This document shows, piece after piece, positions 36,261 to 49,045 of a DNA stretch of 64,000 bases. The DNA is taken from NCBI GenBank assembly GCA_964016885.1, contig OZ024746.1:53568001-53632000 (forward strand), written 5' to 3'. The DNA comes from Eledone cirrhosa (Eukaryota). A program made the position numbers and the translations under genes. How positions within the stretch are numbered: position 1 is the first letter of the stretch; every line of letters starts with the position of its first letter. The notes beneath the pieces were generated by a model that made no database searches, had not been told where the DNA came from, and saw nothing but the letters and a program-made list of their open reading frames with translations.

Positions 36261-36905
36261 TTCCCATGTCGTGTATATAACATGCAAGTATGTATGTACA
36301 CAAGTATCTATGTATATAGATATGCATTTTATGTGTTTGAGAGGCGCTGCATATCTATCGCACTCGAGAAAGAGAAAGAGAGACTGTATCACAGTCTATA
36401 TACACATGTATATACACATGAATGTGACATGCCATATACACTCACACATACACACATGAATGCATATTAAGCTCAAACACATTCATATGTGTGCACGCAT
36501 GCATGCAATTATTTCATTATTTATGTATTGGCATCGTCAGTGGCCAGGATGAACATTTTCGCAGCAAGAAATTTAAGTAGAAAGTTAATAAAACCTTTTT
36601 TATTTTAAGTAGCTGAAACGGCTTTTCATTGATATAATTGTGATGTATACATATGTATGTGTGTATATATGTGTGTGTATGTTTATATATATATATATAT
36701 ATGTGTGTATATATGTATATATATATGTATACACACACATATTTATAGGTGGTTCAGTATCGGCTGACATATACATAGTTATTCATTATATGCGCATATA
36801 TGTGTGTGTGTGAGTATGTATGTATACACACACACATATATATATACATATACACACACACACATATACATATACATATACACATACATATGTATACATC
36901 TCAAC

Positions 36906-36936
<31 letters not shown>

Positions 36937-37045
36937 TTTATTTATTTATTTATTTTTTTTTTTCCTTCTTCCTTCTCCAGCCTCACTTTCATATAGATTG
37001 CATTTTTGTTTTTAAAATCCAAATTCAATAAACAGACCAGGATTT

Positions 37046-37105
37046 TTTCATTCTGAGGATTGAAAGCAAAATCTTTTGCTTTTAAGAAACCACTGGTAAA
37101 TGGAA
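37046..37105 (+). ncRNA. Type I hammerhead ribozyme
   Basis: tttcatt-CTGAGGA-ttgaaagcaaa atct tttgcttttaa-GAAA-ccactgg-TA-aatggaa. Confidence 0.8.
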
Positions 37106-37131
37106 TAATTGCCTTATGTTGTTTATTACAT

Positions 37132-37245
<114 letters not shown>

Positions 37246-37413
37246 GGAAGCAGAAAATTGCTTATTGTGATCCAATTCGTGGTTAAGAAAGCCAGTTTCA
37301 AGGATGGTTTCAACGTACGGTTAATATAGTTGCAGTATAAGATTGCACTTACCAATGAAACGGTCGTAAATACCTGGATAAAATCCTTCTCTTAATGCTT
37401 ACCTGTGTTTTCT

Positions 37414-37491
<78 letters not shown>

Positions 37492-38164
37492 CGTGTGTAT
37501 ATGTATATATAGACCTAAATCCTGCTACTTCCAGCCCAATCATCGCCGCACCATTCTCATGTCATTGACCATTGTTCTGAGATCTTTGAACCAACCGTCT
37601 TAACAGTAAGCACATTGTGTGCAGAGAGTTGTAGGCCGAACATAGTTGTCTGCATAGATTAGTTGTAATGATGGTGGTGGTGGTGGTGGTGGTGTAGGTT
37701 GTGGTAGTAGAGAGAAGTGTGTGGGGGCGAAATTATATCAACAACTATAACAATACTGTTTTTCTTTAAATGACTAACAGCACACTATTAAAGACACAAC
37801 CAACACCACCACCGCCGCCACCAACACCACCGTCGATACCACTAACACCACCAGTATCACCACCATCATCGACAATCCTACTATCACCACCGCCACCACT
37901 ACCATCACCACCGTCAATACCACTATCACCATCACTAACACCAGCACCCAGCACAACCAACACCACCGCCAACAAGAACTACTGTCACACCATCACCAAT
38001 AACAGCACTACCGCCACCACACCACCACCACCACCTATAACACTACCGTCATCCTACCACCACCACCACCACCACCACCAATACCAGCACTACCGCCACC
38101 ACACCACCACCACCACCTATATCTCTACCAGAACATGTCTTTCAAAAACAGTATCGCTATCCCA

Positions 38165-38870
38165 GTGTCGGGGAGCGTTCTATGGTGTGTGGGAGCGTTC
38201 TATGGTGTGGAGGGTCGTTCTATAGTGTGGAGGTCGATCTATGGTGTGGAGGATCGTTCTATGGTGAGGAGGAGCGTTCTATGGCGTGGAGGTTCGTTCT
38301 ATAGTGTGGAAGAGCGTTCTATGGTGGGGGGAGCATTCTATAGTGTAGAGGATTGTTCTATGTTGTGGAGGAGCGTTCTATGTTGTGGAGGAGCGTTCTA
38401 TGGTGTGGAGGAGCGTTCTATGGTATGGAGGAGCGTTCTATGTTGTGGAGGAGCGTTCTATGGTGTGGAGGAGCGTTCTATAGTGTGGGGGAGCGTTCTG
38501 TGGTGTGGGGGAGCATTCTATAGTGTAGAGGATTGTTCTATGGTGTGGAGGAGCGTTCTATGGTGTGGAGGATCGTTCTATAGTGTGGGGGAGCGTTCTG
38601 TGGTGTGGGGGAGCATTCTATAGTGTAGAGGATTGTTCTATGGTGTGGAGGAGCGTTCTATGTTGTGGAGGAGCGTTCTATGGTGTGGAGGGATCGTTCT
38701 ATAGTGTCGTGTGTGTGGGGGGGGGGGCATTCTGCGGTGTGGGGGAGCATTCTATAGTGTAGAGGATTGTTCTATGGTGTGGAGGAGCGTTCTATAGTGC
38801 GGATGAGCATTCTATGGCGAGGAGGATCGTTCTATAGTGTGGAGGATCGTTTTATGGTGTGGGGGGAGTT
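38165..38870 (+). repeat. 20-bp minisatellite (gagcgttctatggtgtggag)
   Basis: About 35 tandem units with a higher-order variant (gagcattctatagtgtagaggattgttcta). Confidence 0.95.
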
Positions 38871-39589
38871 CTCTTGTAAGGAGGAGGAGTATTCTCTGGT
38901 GTTGAGGATCTCATGAGCAGGTCGCTTCTTGGTCTTAGCGGACAAATGATAACCCCCCCCCCCCAAAAAAACACGTTAACCCAGAGGAAGGCGAGGGAGA
39001 TACGTTGGAATAGCTATTCCAATTCACGGGGTTTACTTTTTCTGGGTGGCCAACACCGCTCTGATAGTTGTGAGTAGGGAGGTGGTCCATGAGCTTAGAA
39101 CACTCGAAATCTCTACTGCTACGAACTTATCGGACAGTTTGCCATTTTTGGCTTGACGAGCAGTGAAGCCTGAATTATTCAGCGAATGCACCGGATTCCT
39201 GCTGGTGGTCTCACCGTATGAAACCACTTTGTGGTTGGAGGAGGCTATAGGCGATTGTATCGACCCAAATACATTGCCAGTACTTTATTTTACTACTGTG
39301 CAAAGTGTGGCTTTACACAGCCACTCTATCTGCAAGAAGTAACAGCCACTTTTCCTAAAATAATAATGTCTCGTCCTATCAACTAAAAAAATGAAAGGAT
39401 ACATTAAAAATGCAGTTTTAGAATACTGCTAAAAAGACAGGATGGTCACGGTTTGTAACAACTTTTATCTTGTGATTGTTTGTATGTTACAGCTCACACA
39501 TATGCAGGTTTAGCTGCCCTCCTCCAAGGTATATCTCGTTGGCGGTGTCTTGGGTGATTTAATGATAGGGACCCCAGTCCTATCATCTC

Positions 39590-39730
39590 ATTTCTACAGC
39601 TGAGTAAACTGGAGCATCATGAATTAAAGTGTCTTGCTCAAGGAAACAACACATCACCCGGTCCGAGAATTGAACTCACAACCTTTCGATTGCAAGCCCA
39701 ATGCTCGAAGCACTAAGCCATGCGCCTTCA
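39590..39730 (-). mobile_element. tRNA-derived SINE (family A-related)
   Basis: Minus strand has A box tggcttagtgc, B box gttcaattct and ttccttgagcaagacactt. Confidence 0.7.
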
Positions 39731-39781
39731 CAATCATATGATTGTTCTATTGTGATTGACAACAGCTATAACAACTACAAC

Positions 39782-39867
39782 CAGGGCCGTCATAACAGCA
39801 TTATAGGCCCTATCCTCGTGGGGCCCCCGGGCAACTGCCAGCGTGCCCATGCGTTAAGTCGGCCCTG
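39782..39867. mobile_element. 86-bp hAT-type MITE
   Basis: TIRs cagggccgtcataac / gttaagtcggccctg. Perfect 8-bp TSD actacaac. Confidence 0.85.
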
Positions 39868-39896
39868 ACTACAACAGCACTAATGATTTCTGATTT

Positions 39897-40095
39897 AGGT
39901 ACAACGCGAGCAATTTTCGGGGGAAGGGAAAGTCTCTATTATATCGACCCAGTGTGTTCCTGGAACTTTATTTTATCGACCCCGTAAGGACGAAAGGTAA
40001 AGCTATCATCGGCGGGATTTGAACACAGAACGTAAAGGGTCGTAGATCTGTGCTACAAAGCATGCCCGCAGCTCTGGCGATACTGTCAGTCCACC
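39897..40095 (-). mobile_element. SINE family B
   Basis: Similarity to 29728-29902. Confidence 0.7.
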
Positions 40096-40641
40096 AACAA
40101 CAAAATCAACAAAAAGATCAAAGCCAAAATGAGCACAGGTAGGATTTAAACTTAGAAGGGAAAATAAAGTAATTGAGTTCAGCAAAGCACGTCTCTATAC
40201 CATACATAACGTTTCCTAAACAACTACACGACAACCACTACACATACCATAAGCCCCACCATCTTTACACCTACCACCACAGATTTCTACGAAAATACTA
40301 ATAGCATCATCACCACGACCACCACCACGACCACCGCCATTACCACTACGACCACCATCACCACCACCACCATTACCACGACGACGACCACCACGACAAC
40401 CACCATCACCACTTCAGAAAACATTACAACTATGCCTCCACTATCAGCAGCTTTAACATCATCATCCACATTGTCAACTAAGTACGCCGTTTAGTGCCAG
40501 ATCCTGACTGTGAGTGTGTAGGGTTGAAGTACAGGGTTGACATACACACGTCTCTCTGTGTGTAAGTCTCAGCTTATATATATATATATAAATATATGTG
40601 TGTGTGTGTATATATATATATATATAATTGTTTCTACTTTT

Positions 40642-40785
40642 TGGCACAAGGTCACCAATTATCCAGTGCATTACTGGTACTTTATTTTATCGACCTCGTA
40701 AGGATGAAAGGCAAAGTTAACCTTGACGGGATTTGAACTCAGAATGGAAAGGGCCGTAACTCTATACGTCAAAGCATGGTGTCCG
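40642..40785 (-). mobile_element. SINE family B
   Basis: Similarity to 29728-29902. Confidence 0.75.
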
Positions 40786-41443
40786 ATAGCAACTACACAG
40801 CCATTTCTATCTCCATATATTTCATCATGTTTTTCGCTGTGACCATTCTTCTCTCCTCTTCTACCTACCTACTTCGTCACTTTCTACTCTCACCCCTCTT
40901 TCTTCCCTTCCCTTTCTCCCTATCTACTCTTACCCCACTTTCTTCTTCTCCCTCTCACTTTCACCCCCTCGTCTGACCGTTTAGTAGTTCTCTTCTCACT
41001 TACAACTGCGGTGATCGGACGTGTATCTCGTTCCTCTCGATTACTCGGTCTCGAACTTAAGTTCTTTTATCGAGTGGTCTTGAATTTCCTACCTATAGTT
41101 GCTCGCACATTGCTCGTTTTGTGTTCTTTTTCGCTGTTTTGTTACTGTTTCTCTTTTCTTCCCCTTTCCTTTCCCCCTTCCTTCGTTTTCCCAATAACTT
41201 ATCCAGTTATTGACGCCCTGGGGTGAAGTGGTATCTTGTCTTTAAAACGCAGAAATATCCTAGACCCCCAGTAGACAACTGACGAGGAAACCCCCCCCCC
41301 CCTCTCGTTCTTGCTTTCTTCGTATTCCCACTACATTTTATGTATGTATGTATATATGTGTGTGTATATATATATGTGTGTGTATATATACACACACATA
41401 TATATATATATATATATGTCTCTGTATGTGTGTCTCAGCTAAT

Positions 41444-41522
<79 letters not shown>

Positions 41523-41847
41523 TTATATAAACAGCTTAAAGATACATACAGACATATATAATATATATATATGGCCGACGTGAGAATACATCTGTGTATA
41601 TAATTGTGAGATTGTGTGTGTGTGTGAGAGAAAGAGAGAGAGGGGGGGGGGGGGAGTTAAAAGACAGTGAATAGCTGTTTTGTTTTACTAAACAAGAAAA
41701 ACAAACAAACAAAAATAACAAAAATAAACAAACATAAACCAGGAAGACAACATGACCAAATCTCACTAAAGAGCTGTCATCTTCCCGCACCGCTCACCAT
41801 ATATCCAGATCTCCTGCTTCTTTCTTTATATATATATATATATATAT

Positions 41848-42035
41848 ATATTCAAAATATTAATAAATGAGAAATACTTTCATATAACCAAAGTATACTT
41901 ATGTGAAAGTATTTCTCATTTATTAATATTTTGAATATTAAGGATACTTCAGCAGATATATTACTGTCGAGTGCTTCTAATCTCTTGTAAAAATAAATTC
42001 GTTGAATAATCAACGAATCATATAAACTTTTGATT
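41848..42035. repeat. Short fold-back (about 38-bp arms) with tail motif
   Basis: Arms 41848-41885 and 41901-41938. The tail contains gtcgagtgctt. Confidence 0.6.
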
Positions 42036-42119
42036 ATATATATATATATAAGTATGGTCTTCCTTCGGTTGCAACGTTTTTTGAAATATTTACTTCTGCG
42101 TTCACAGATTGCCTTTTTT

Positions 42120-42170
42120 AGTTTCAGAAGATCTCATTAAGGGTGAAAGCACCGATTCTTTGCTTAAACT
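42120..42170 (+). ncRNA. Hammerhead-like motif with CAGAAGA core (U4A)
   Basis: agttt-CAGAAGA-tctc attaa gggt-GAAA-gca..tgc-TT-aaact. Partial copy at about 9107-9152. Confidence 0.5.
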
Positions 42171-42360
42171 TTAATCTGTTCTTTTAATAAATAAATAAAT
42201 ATATATATATATATATATATGAAAAGTGTAATTTTCTACACAAAACGAAGGTTATAGAGAAAATTGAGGTTGGTAATGGCACATGGAATATATAAGAGAC
42301 AGAATACTTTTTTGTGAAAAAACATAATTTTATAAGGTAAGGAAATAATAAAGGGTATAA

Positions 42361-42408
42361 AAAATGACCGGTTTCGATGGGTCTGCAAAAGCCATCTTTT
42401 CAAATGTT
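42361..42408 (-). ncRNA. Type I hammerhead, U3-A8 variant (inverted arm)
   Basis: Inverted copy of 48580-48627. Confidence 0.6.
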
Positions 42409-42758
42409 GATTAATATTAAGAAAAATTAATAATACGAAGAGTTAAAATTTGAGACTTGAAAATTCAAGTATAAAATTCATTGTGGGATTTCATAGCAGT
42501 TTTCATCTAGGTAGCAACAACAGGTTGACTGCTGTGTCCCTTTCTGGTAGTGAATGAGAAGTTATTTGGGGTGTGGGTTATTTTATAAAGGTCAGATTTA
42601 GCAATCGCCAGCTGCTGGTCAGTGAGGGGGTGGAAGCAATATACACACACATATATCTTCCTGTGATGGGTAGGAGAGTGGAGCGTGATAGAAAAGGATT
42701 TAGTGCACTTACACCTATATATACACACATACCTTCATCCACACATACATACATATAC

Positions 42759-42803
<45 letters not shown>

Positions 42804-42872
42804 CACACATACATACACACACACATACATATACATACACACATACACACACACACACATATATATACACAT

Positions 42873-42927
<55 letters not shown>

Positions 42928-43458
42928 TATATATACATACACATACATCCAGATACACACATACATACACACACACACACACACATATATATACACACAT
43001 ACACACACATATATATACACACACACACACACACATGCATATATATATATATATACACATACGCATACATCCAGATACCCACATACATACACACACACAC
43101 ACACACACACGCACACACAATACATACATCCACATGCACACACATACTCACACACACACACACACACATACATACACCCACACACAGAGAAATGGCCTTC
43201 AAATATATATATATATATATACATATAGACACATATATTTTTTCCATAATATAAGAAGTTGGGGCAGTGAAATTAAAATAATTCTGTGTGCGCATATATA
43301 TATAGATATATGTGTGTGCACGTGCAGGGTTTAACATGGATGTGTTGGTCACACAAAGGCATGGTCTGTCAATGAATAAACCTGATTCTACAGAATTGGT
43401 CTCTGGTCTTTAATAGTAGTGATTCCGTGCGTATGTGTGTTTATATTTTATGACAATT

Positions 43459-44365
43459 CTATTGGGGTGATAACCCGTTTAGTTTTGGTTTAAATTTGTT
43501 AAGGAATAGATTTTCTTTGTTTATTCTTTGTTGTTGTGTGAACGAATCTGAGCACTTGTAGAAGGGGAAGATTTTAAAGTTGGGTAGTGTCATTCCTGCG
43601 CAGTTCGCAATATGGCTGCTCAAGGGGATTTTTCTTGTGTTAGCGTCCCGGATTTGTTGGCGGTGGATGGTCATTCTTTTGCGTAATGAGGTGCCCGTCT
43701 GTCCTATGTAGTTGTGTTTGCACCCACCGCAAGTTATTGCGTAAATCAAGTTCTCCGAGTTGCAGGTGAAATTGTTTTTTACTGTAAATGTTTGGCCATC
43801 TTTGAATGTAAATGTTTGTCCTTCAGTGAGGTAGAGGCACGTTCCACAGTTTGTTCTACCACATTTGGTAACTGTAGGGTTGAGGATTGGTTTGGGTATA
43901 TTTGGTCCAGTGAGAATGCGTTTAAGTGATTTGGGTTGTCTTTTACTTTTAAGGATCTTGTGTGTTTCAAGAATAGACTTCATTTTTACATCTTTAAGTA
44001 GGATGGGGAGGTTTTTGTGTAGGTGATCAAACATTTCGGTATTTCTGGGGTTGAAAGTGGATACATATGGCAGGGTGTTGAGTGTGGTTTTCTGTTTTGG
44101 ATTGTTAAGTTGATGGGGATTTAGGTGTTTTGCCCTGTCTATTCCATTGTTGATTATTTCAAGTGGAAAGGCTCTTAAGATAAGGGTGTCTTTTAGTTCC
44201 TTTAGTCTTTGCTCCCGTTTAGGTGGATCTGATACTATGGTACATATACGTTTGGCCAAATTGTAAGGAATGTTAAGTTTTGTATGTTTTGGGTGACTTG
44301 ATGTGAAAAAGAGGTATTGCTTGGAATCTGTGGGTTTATAGAATATATCTGTATCTAATTTCCCG
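43459..44365 (-). pseudogene. Inverted duplicate of the RT thumb + GIY-YIG portion
   Basis: Translation from GKLDTDIFYKPTD to KLNGLSPQ is identical to the C-terminus of 45384-47531. Confidence 0.9.
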
Positions 44366-45337
44366 ATAGTTTTACCACGTAAATTCCAAATAAAGCATAT
44401 TACAAACGAACCTGAACCAGAAAGAAAACTCCGTGAACAAATGTCACTCAACAGGATAAACATGGAAATAGAACTCCTAAAATTAAGGGCCACCTCAAAC
44501 GAGCAAGAGTATAAGGATACTGATAAAAATATGGAGGAAGAATGCACTAAAAAGGCCGAGGGAACAACCCTACAAAATTTAATCAAATCGTGGAAACAGG
44601 ACTGCGAGAATGCAGAAACTATTTCCCTTAAACGGTGGGAAAAATCCGAAAACTGGTTCCTCAAATATGAAGAAGACTTTAAAAGGACGCACCAAACAGG
44701 TAACCCCTTTATAAAGCATTTGAACATAACAAGAACTACAACAGACACATTTACACCACCAAACCCAACACACACTAACCACAGGCACATCCCCCACCAA
44801 CACAAACCAAATACGGCCAACTAAACCAAAAGAAACACACCCAACCACCACAACACAGGTTTCCGTAGAAATGCCCCCTACATAAACCAACGACGAAATA
44901 ACATAGATCCAACTCACAACACACACACCACATTCCTCAGAAGAAATCCACCCAGGCCACTTGAAATCACAACAGAACTTACCCACAACCACACCAGACA
45001 TCACCCTCAATCCAACAAAAGACAACCCCCCAGCCTCAACACTCTGTACCACAGAAATAACGCACCCAGACCACATGTACCAACAACAGAACCCTTGCTC
45101 ATCAACAACCACAACACATACCACCCCCACCATCACATTCACCCTCATGAAACAACAAGCTACAGACCCACACGCAACAGACCAACAAAATATAATCACA
45201 CACAAAACTACATTCCTTTTTTAGGGAAAAGCCTGAAATACCAGGATACTCGATGGCCCCCCCCCTCAGGAGAAACCAAAAATAATCAACCTCTCAAAGA
45301 CACCTCTAACCAACACACAAATCAACATTTTAAGTAA
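44363..45337 (+). pseudogene. 5'-truncated PLE ORF1: helical/coiled-coil domain plus H/N/P/T-rich tail, with one in-frame stop
   Basis: One frame reads PIVLPRKFQIKH..EIELLKLRA..WKQDCE..RWEKSENWF.. from 44363 to 45337, with only TAA at 44822. It joins the listed ORFs 44441 and 45095. Confidence 0.7.
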
Positions 45338-47531
45338 GGGCCTGAAATTTACACCTACACCACGTAAACCAAACTTCCCCGAAATGAAGGATGACATCAT
45401 GGAATACTGCCGAAAGCTGCGACTAACGGAATTCTTCCACAACGACACCAACACTGAAGACGAATCACTGGTTAGAAATAAAAGCAATTTCTGCCCACAA
45501 AAGGGAAGAAATAAAGCACTGGACACGTACTGCGAACACATCACCAACTTTCCCTATGAAAAAATTACAAATAAACACACGAAATCAAACCTATCTACAC
45601 ACGAATGGGAAGAATTATTCACACTTAGAAACAACCCTGAGATAACTATCAAAGAAGCCGATAAAGGCAGTACTGTTGTGATTATGAATACGGACTACTA
45701 TAGGACCCTCGCACTTAACATTTTAGAAAACAACACATACTATGAAAAAACAGAAAACTACAAACACACCAAAACAATGGGGAACCTTTTGACCTTACTG
45801 AATAAATACTGCAACAGCTTAACCACAAAAGAGTTTAACTATATAAGCCACTTCAAATGCAATACAAGCTCTTTTTACGGCTTACCGAAACTTCACAAAT
45901 GTAAACCCATAAACGATGCATGTGACACCTCAACCAACAATTACATTGAACTAACACCACCAGAAGACCTAAAACTCAGGCCAATTATAGCAGGCCCTAC
46001 ATGTGAAACCCACAGACTTAGCAACTTTCTGGACATCCTACTGAAACCCTTTCTACAACATATACAGAGCTACATACGAGATGACCTTGACATGCTGAAA
46101 CACCTCCCTAAAACAGTAAGTGCAAATACAATTCTTGTCTCCTTTGACGTAATAAACCTCTACACAAACATACCTCACAACTATGGAATAACAGCAGTCC
46201 AATACTGGCTTAACACACACCCATCAGAAATACCGACACGCATCAACACAGATTTTATCACTGACGGACTCCGCTTTATCCTACAAAATAACTACTTCAC
46301 ATTCAATGGTTCAACATACAGACAAGTATCAGGTACGGCAATGGGCACGAAAGTAGCACCCACATATGCCAACCTAGTCATGGGATTCCATGAACAACAA
46401 ATATACAGTCAGTCCCTTCTCTTATTTGGAGACTCTTTCCACACACACCTCAAAGCCAATTGGAAAAGATATCTAGACGACTGCTTTATCCTATGGCAAG
46501 AAGACATGAACTCACTTACTACGTTTAAAAACATGATAAACAACATAGATAATAACATACAATTCACAATGGAATCCAATCCTAAGGAATTAGCCTTCTT
46601 GGATATTCTCATCTCTGTAATAGACGGGAAATTAGATACAGATATATTCTATAAACCCACAGATTCCAAGCAATACCTCTTTTTCACATCAAGTCACCCA
46701 AAACATACAAAACTTAACATTCCTTACAATTTGGCCAAACGTATATGTACCATAGTATCAGATCCACCTAAACGGGAGCAAAGACTAAAGGAACTAAAAG
46801 ACACCCTTATCTTAAGAGCCTTTCCACTTGAAATAATCAACAATGGAATAGACAGGGCAAAACACCTAAATCCCCATCAACTTAACAATCCAAAACAGAA
46901 AACCACACTCAACACCCTGCCATATGTATCCACTTTCAACCCCAGAAATACCGAAATGTTTGATCACCTACACAAAAACCTCCCCATCCTACTTAAAGAT
47001 GTAAAAATGAAGTCTATTCTTGAAACACACAAGATCCTTAAAAGTAAAAGACAACCCAAATCACTTAAACGCATTCTCACTGGACCAAATATACCCAAAC
47101 CAATCCTCAACCCTACAGTTACCAAATGTGGTAGAACAAACTGTGGAACGTGCCTCTACCTCACTGAAGGACAAACATTTACATTCAAAGATGGCCAAAC
47201 ATTTACAGTAAAAAACAATTTCACCTGCAACTCGGAGAACTTGATTTACGCAATAACTTGCGGTGGGTGCAAACACAACTACATAGGACAGACGGGCACC
47301 TCATTACGCAAAAGAATGACCATCCACCGCCAACAAATCCGGGACGCTAACACAAGAAAAATCCCCTTGAGCAGCCATATTGCGAACTGCGCAGGAATGA
47401 CACTACCCAACTTTAAAATCTTCCCCTTCTACAAGTGCTCAGATTCGTTCACACAACAACAAAGAATAAACAAAGAAAATCTATTCCTTAACAAATTTAA
47501 ACCAAAACTAAACGGGTTATCACCCCAATAG
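45237..47531 (+). CDS. PLE reverse transcriptase + GIY-YIG endonuclease
   Basis: Motifs IINLS..LSKGLKFTPTP (upstream of the first ATG at 45384), ADKG, FYGLPKLHK, LRPII, SFDVINLYTNI, GTAMG, RYLDD, FLD, FYKPTD..SSHP, CGRTNCGTC linker, NLIY..CGGC..YIGQT..H..H. Confidence 0.97.
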   Translation, partial: NTRILDGPPPQEKPKIINLSKTPLTNTQINILSKGLKFTPTPRKPNFPEMKDDIMEYCRKLRLTEFFHNDTNTEDESLVRNKSNFCPQKGRNKALDTYCEHITNFPYEKITNKHTKSNLSTHEWEELFTLRNNPEITIKEADKGSTVVIMNTDYYRTLALNILENNTYYEKTENYKHTKTMGNLLTLLNKYCNSLTTKEFNYISHFKCNTSSFYGLPKLHKCKPINDACDTSTNNYIELTPPEDLKLRPIIAGPTCETHRLSNFLDILLKPFLQHIQSYIRDDLDMLKHLPKTVSANTILVSFDVINLYTNIPHNYGITAVQYWLNTHPSEIPTRINTDFITDGLRFILQNNYFTFNGSTYRQVSGTAMGTKVAPTYANLVMGFHEQQIYSQSLLLFGDSFHTHLKANWKRYLDDCFILWQEDMNSLTTFKNMINNIDNNIQFTMESNPKELAFLDILISVIDGKLDTDIFYKPTDSKQYLFFTSSHPKHTKLNIPYNLAKRICTIVSDPPKREQRLKELKDTLILRAFPLEIINNGIDRAKHLNPHQLNNPKQKTTLNTLPYVSTFNPRNTEMFDHLHKNLPILLKDVKMKSILETHKILKSKRQPKSLKRILTGPNIPKPILNPTVTKCGRTNCGTCLYLTEGQTFTFKDGQTFTVKNNFTCNSENLIYAITCGGCKHNYIGQTGTSLRKRMTIHRQQIRDANTRKIPLSSHIANCAGMTLPNFKIFPFYKCSDSFTQQQRINKENLFLNKFKPKLNGLSPQ

Positions 47532-48060
47532 AATTGTCATAAAATATAAACACACATACGCACGGAATCACTACTATTAAAGACCAGAGACCAATTCTGT
47601 AGAATCAGGTTTATTCATTGACAGACCATGCCTTTGTGTGACCAACACATCCATGTTAAACCCTGCACGTGCACACACATATATCTATATATATATGCGC
47701 ACACAGAATTATTTTAATTTCACTGCCCCAACTTCTTATATTATGGAAAAAATATATGTGTCTGTATGTATATATATATATATATATTTGAAGGCCATTT
47801 CTCTGTGTGTGGGTGTATGTATGTGTGTGTGTGTGTGTGTGAGTATGTGTGTGCATGTGGATGTATGTATTGTGTGTGCGTGTGTGTGTGTGTGTGTATG
47901 TATGTGGGTATCTGGATGTATGCGTATGTGTATATATATATATATATATGCATGTGTGTGTGTGTGTGTGTATATATATGTGTGTGTATGTGTGTATATA
48001 TATGTGTGTGTGTGTGTGTGTATGTATGTGTGTATCTGGATGTATGTGTATGTATATATA

Positions 48061-48117
<57 letters not shown>

Positions 48118-48186
48118 ATGTGTATATATATGTGTGTGTGTGTGTATGTGTGTATGTATATGTATGTGTGTGTGTATGTATGTGTG

Positions 48187-48229
<43 letters not shown>

Positions 48230-48579
48230 GTATATGTATGTATGTGTGGATGAAGGTATGTGTGTATATATAGGTGTAAGTGCACTAAATCCTTTTCTAT
48301 CACGCTCCACTCTCCTACCCATCACAGGAAGATATATGTGTGTGTATATTGCTTCCACCCCCTCACTGACCAGCAGCTGGCGATTGCTAAATCTGACCTT
48401 TATAAAATAACCCACACCCCAAATAACTTCTCATTCACTACCAGAAAGGGACACAGCAGTCAACCTGTTGTTGCTACCTAGATGAAAACTGCTATGAAAT
48501 CCCACAATGAATTTTATACTTGAATTTTCAAGTCTCAAATTTTAACTCTTCGTATTATTAATTTTTCTTAATATTAATC

Positions 48580-48627
48580 AACATTTGAAAAGATGGCTTT
48601 TGCAGACCCATCGAAACCGGTCATTTT
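48580..48627 (+). ncRNA. Type I hammerhead, U3-A8 variant, in the PLE 3' UTR
   Basis: aacat-TTGAAAA-gatgg..ccatc-GAAA-ccgg-TC-atttt. Confidence 0.6.
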
Positions 48628-48721
48628 TTATACCCTTTATTTCCTTACCTTATAAAATTATGTTTTTTCACAAAAAAGTATTCTGTCTCTTATATATTCC
48701 ATGTGCCATTACCAACCTCAA

Positions 48722-49045
<324 letters not shown>

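Noticed and set aside
36500-36545. CTGACGA...GAAA on the minus strand
   Set aside because: No stem II or stem I pairing.
37290-37378. GAAA-cggtcg-TA with flanking ccag/ctgg
   Set aside because: The 5' core reads caagga, so it is not callable as an intact HHR.
37770-38130. Pro/Thr/His-rich ORF
   Set aside because: Degenerate (CCA)n low-complexity tract.
38135-38870. Regular repeat resembling a CRISPR array or repeat protein
   Set aside because: Contiguous 20-bp units with no unique spacers and no cas genes: a minisatellite.
39033-39227. Short balanced-composition ORF
   Set aside because: No recognisable homology.
45384-47700. Selenoprotein/SECIS in the intact PLE
   Set aside because: No in-frame TGA in the RT-EN ORF and no clear SECIS.
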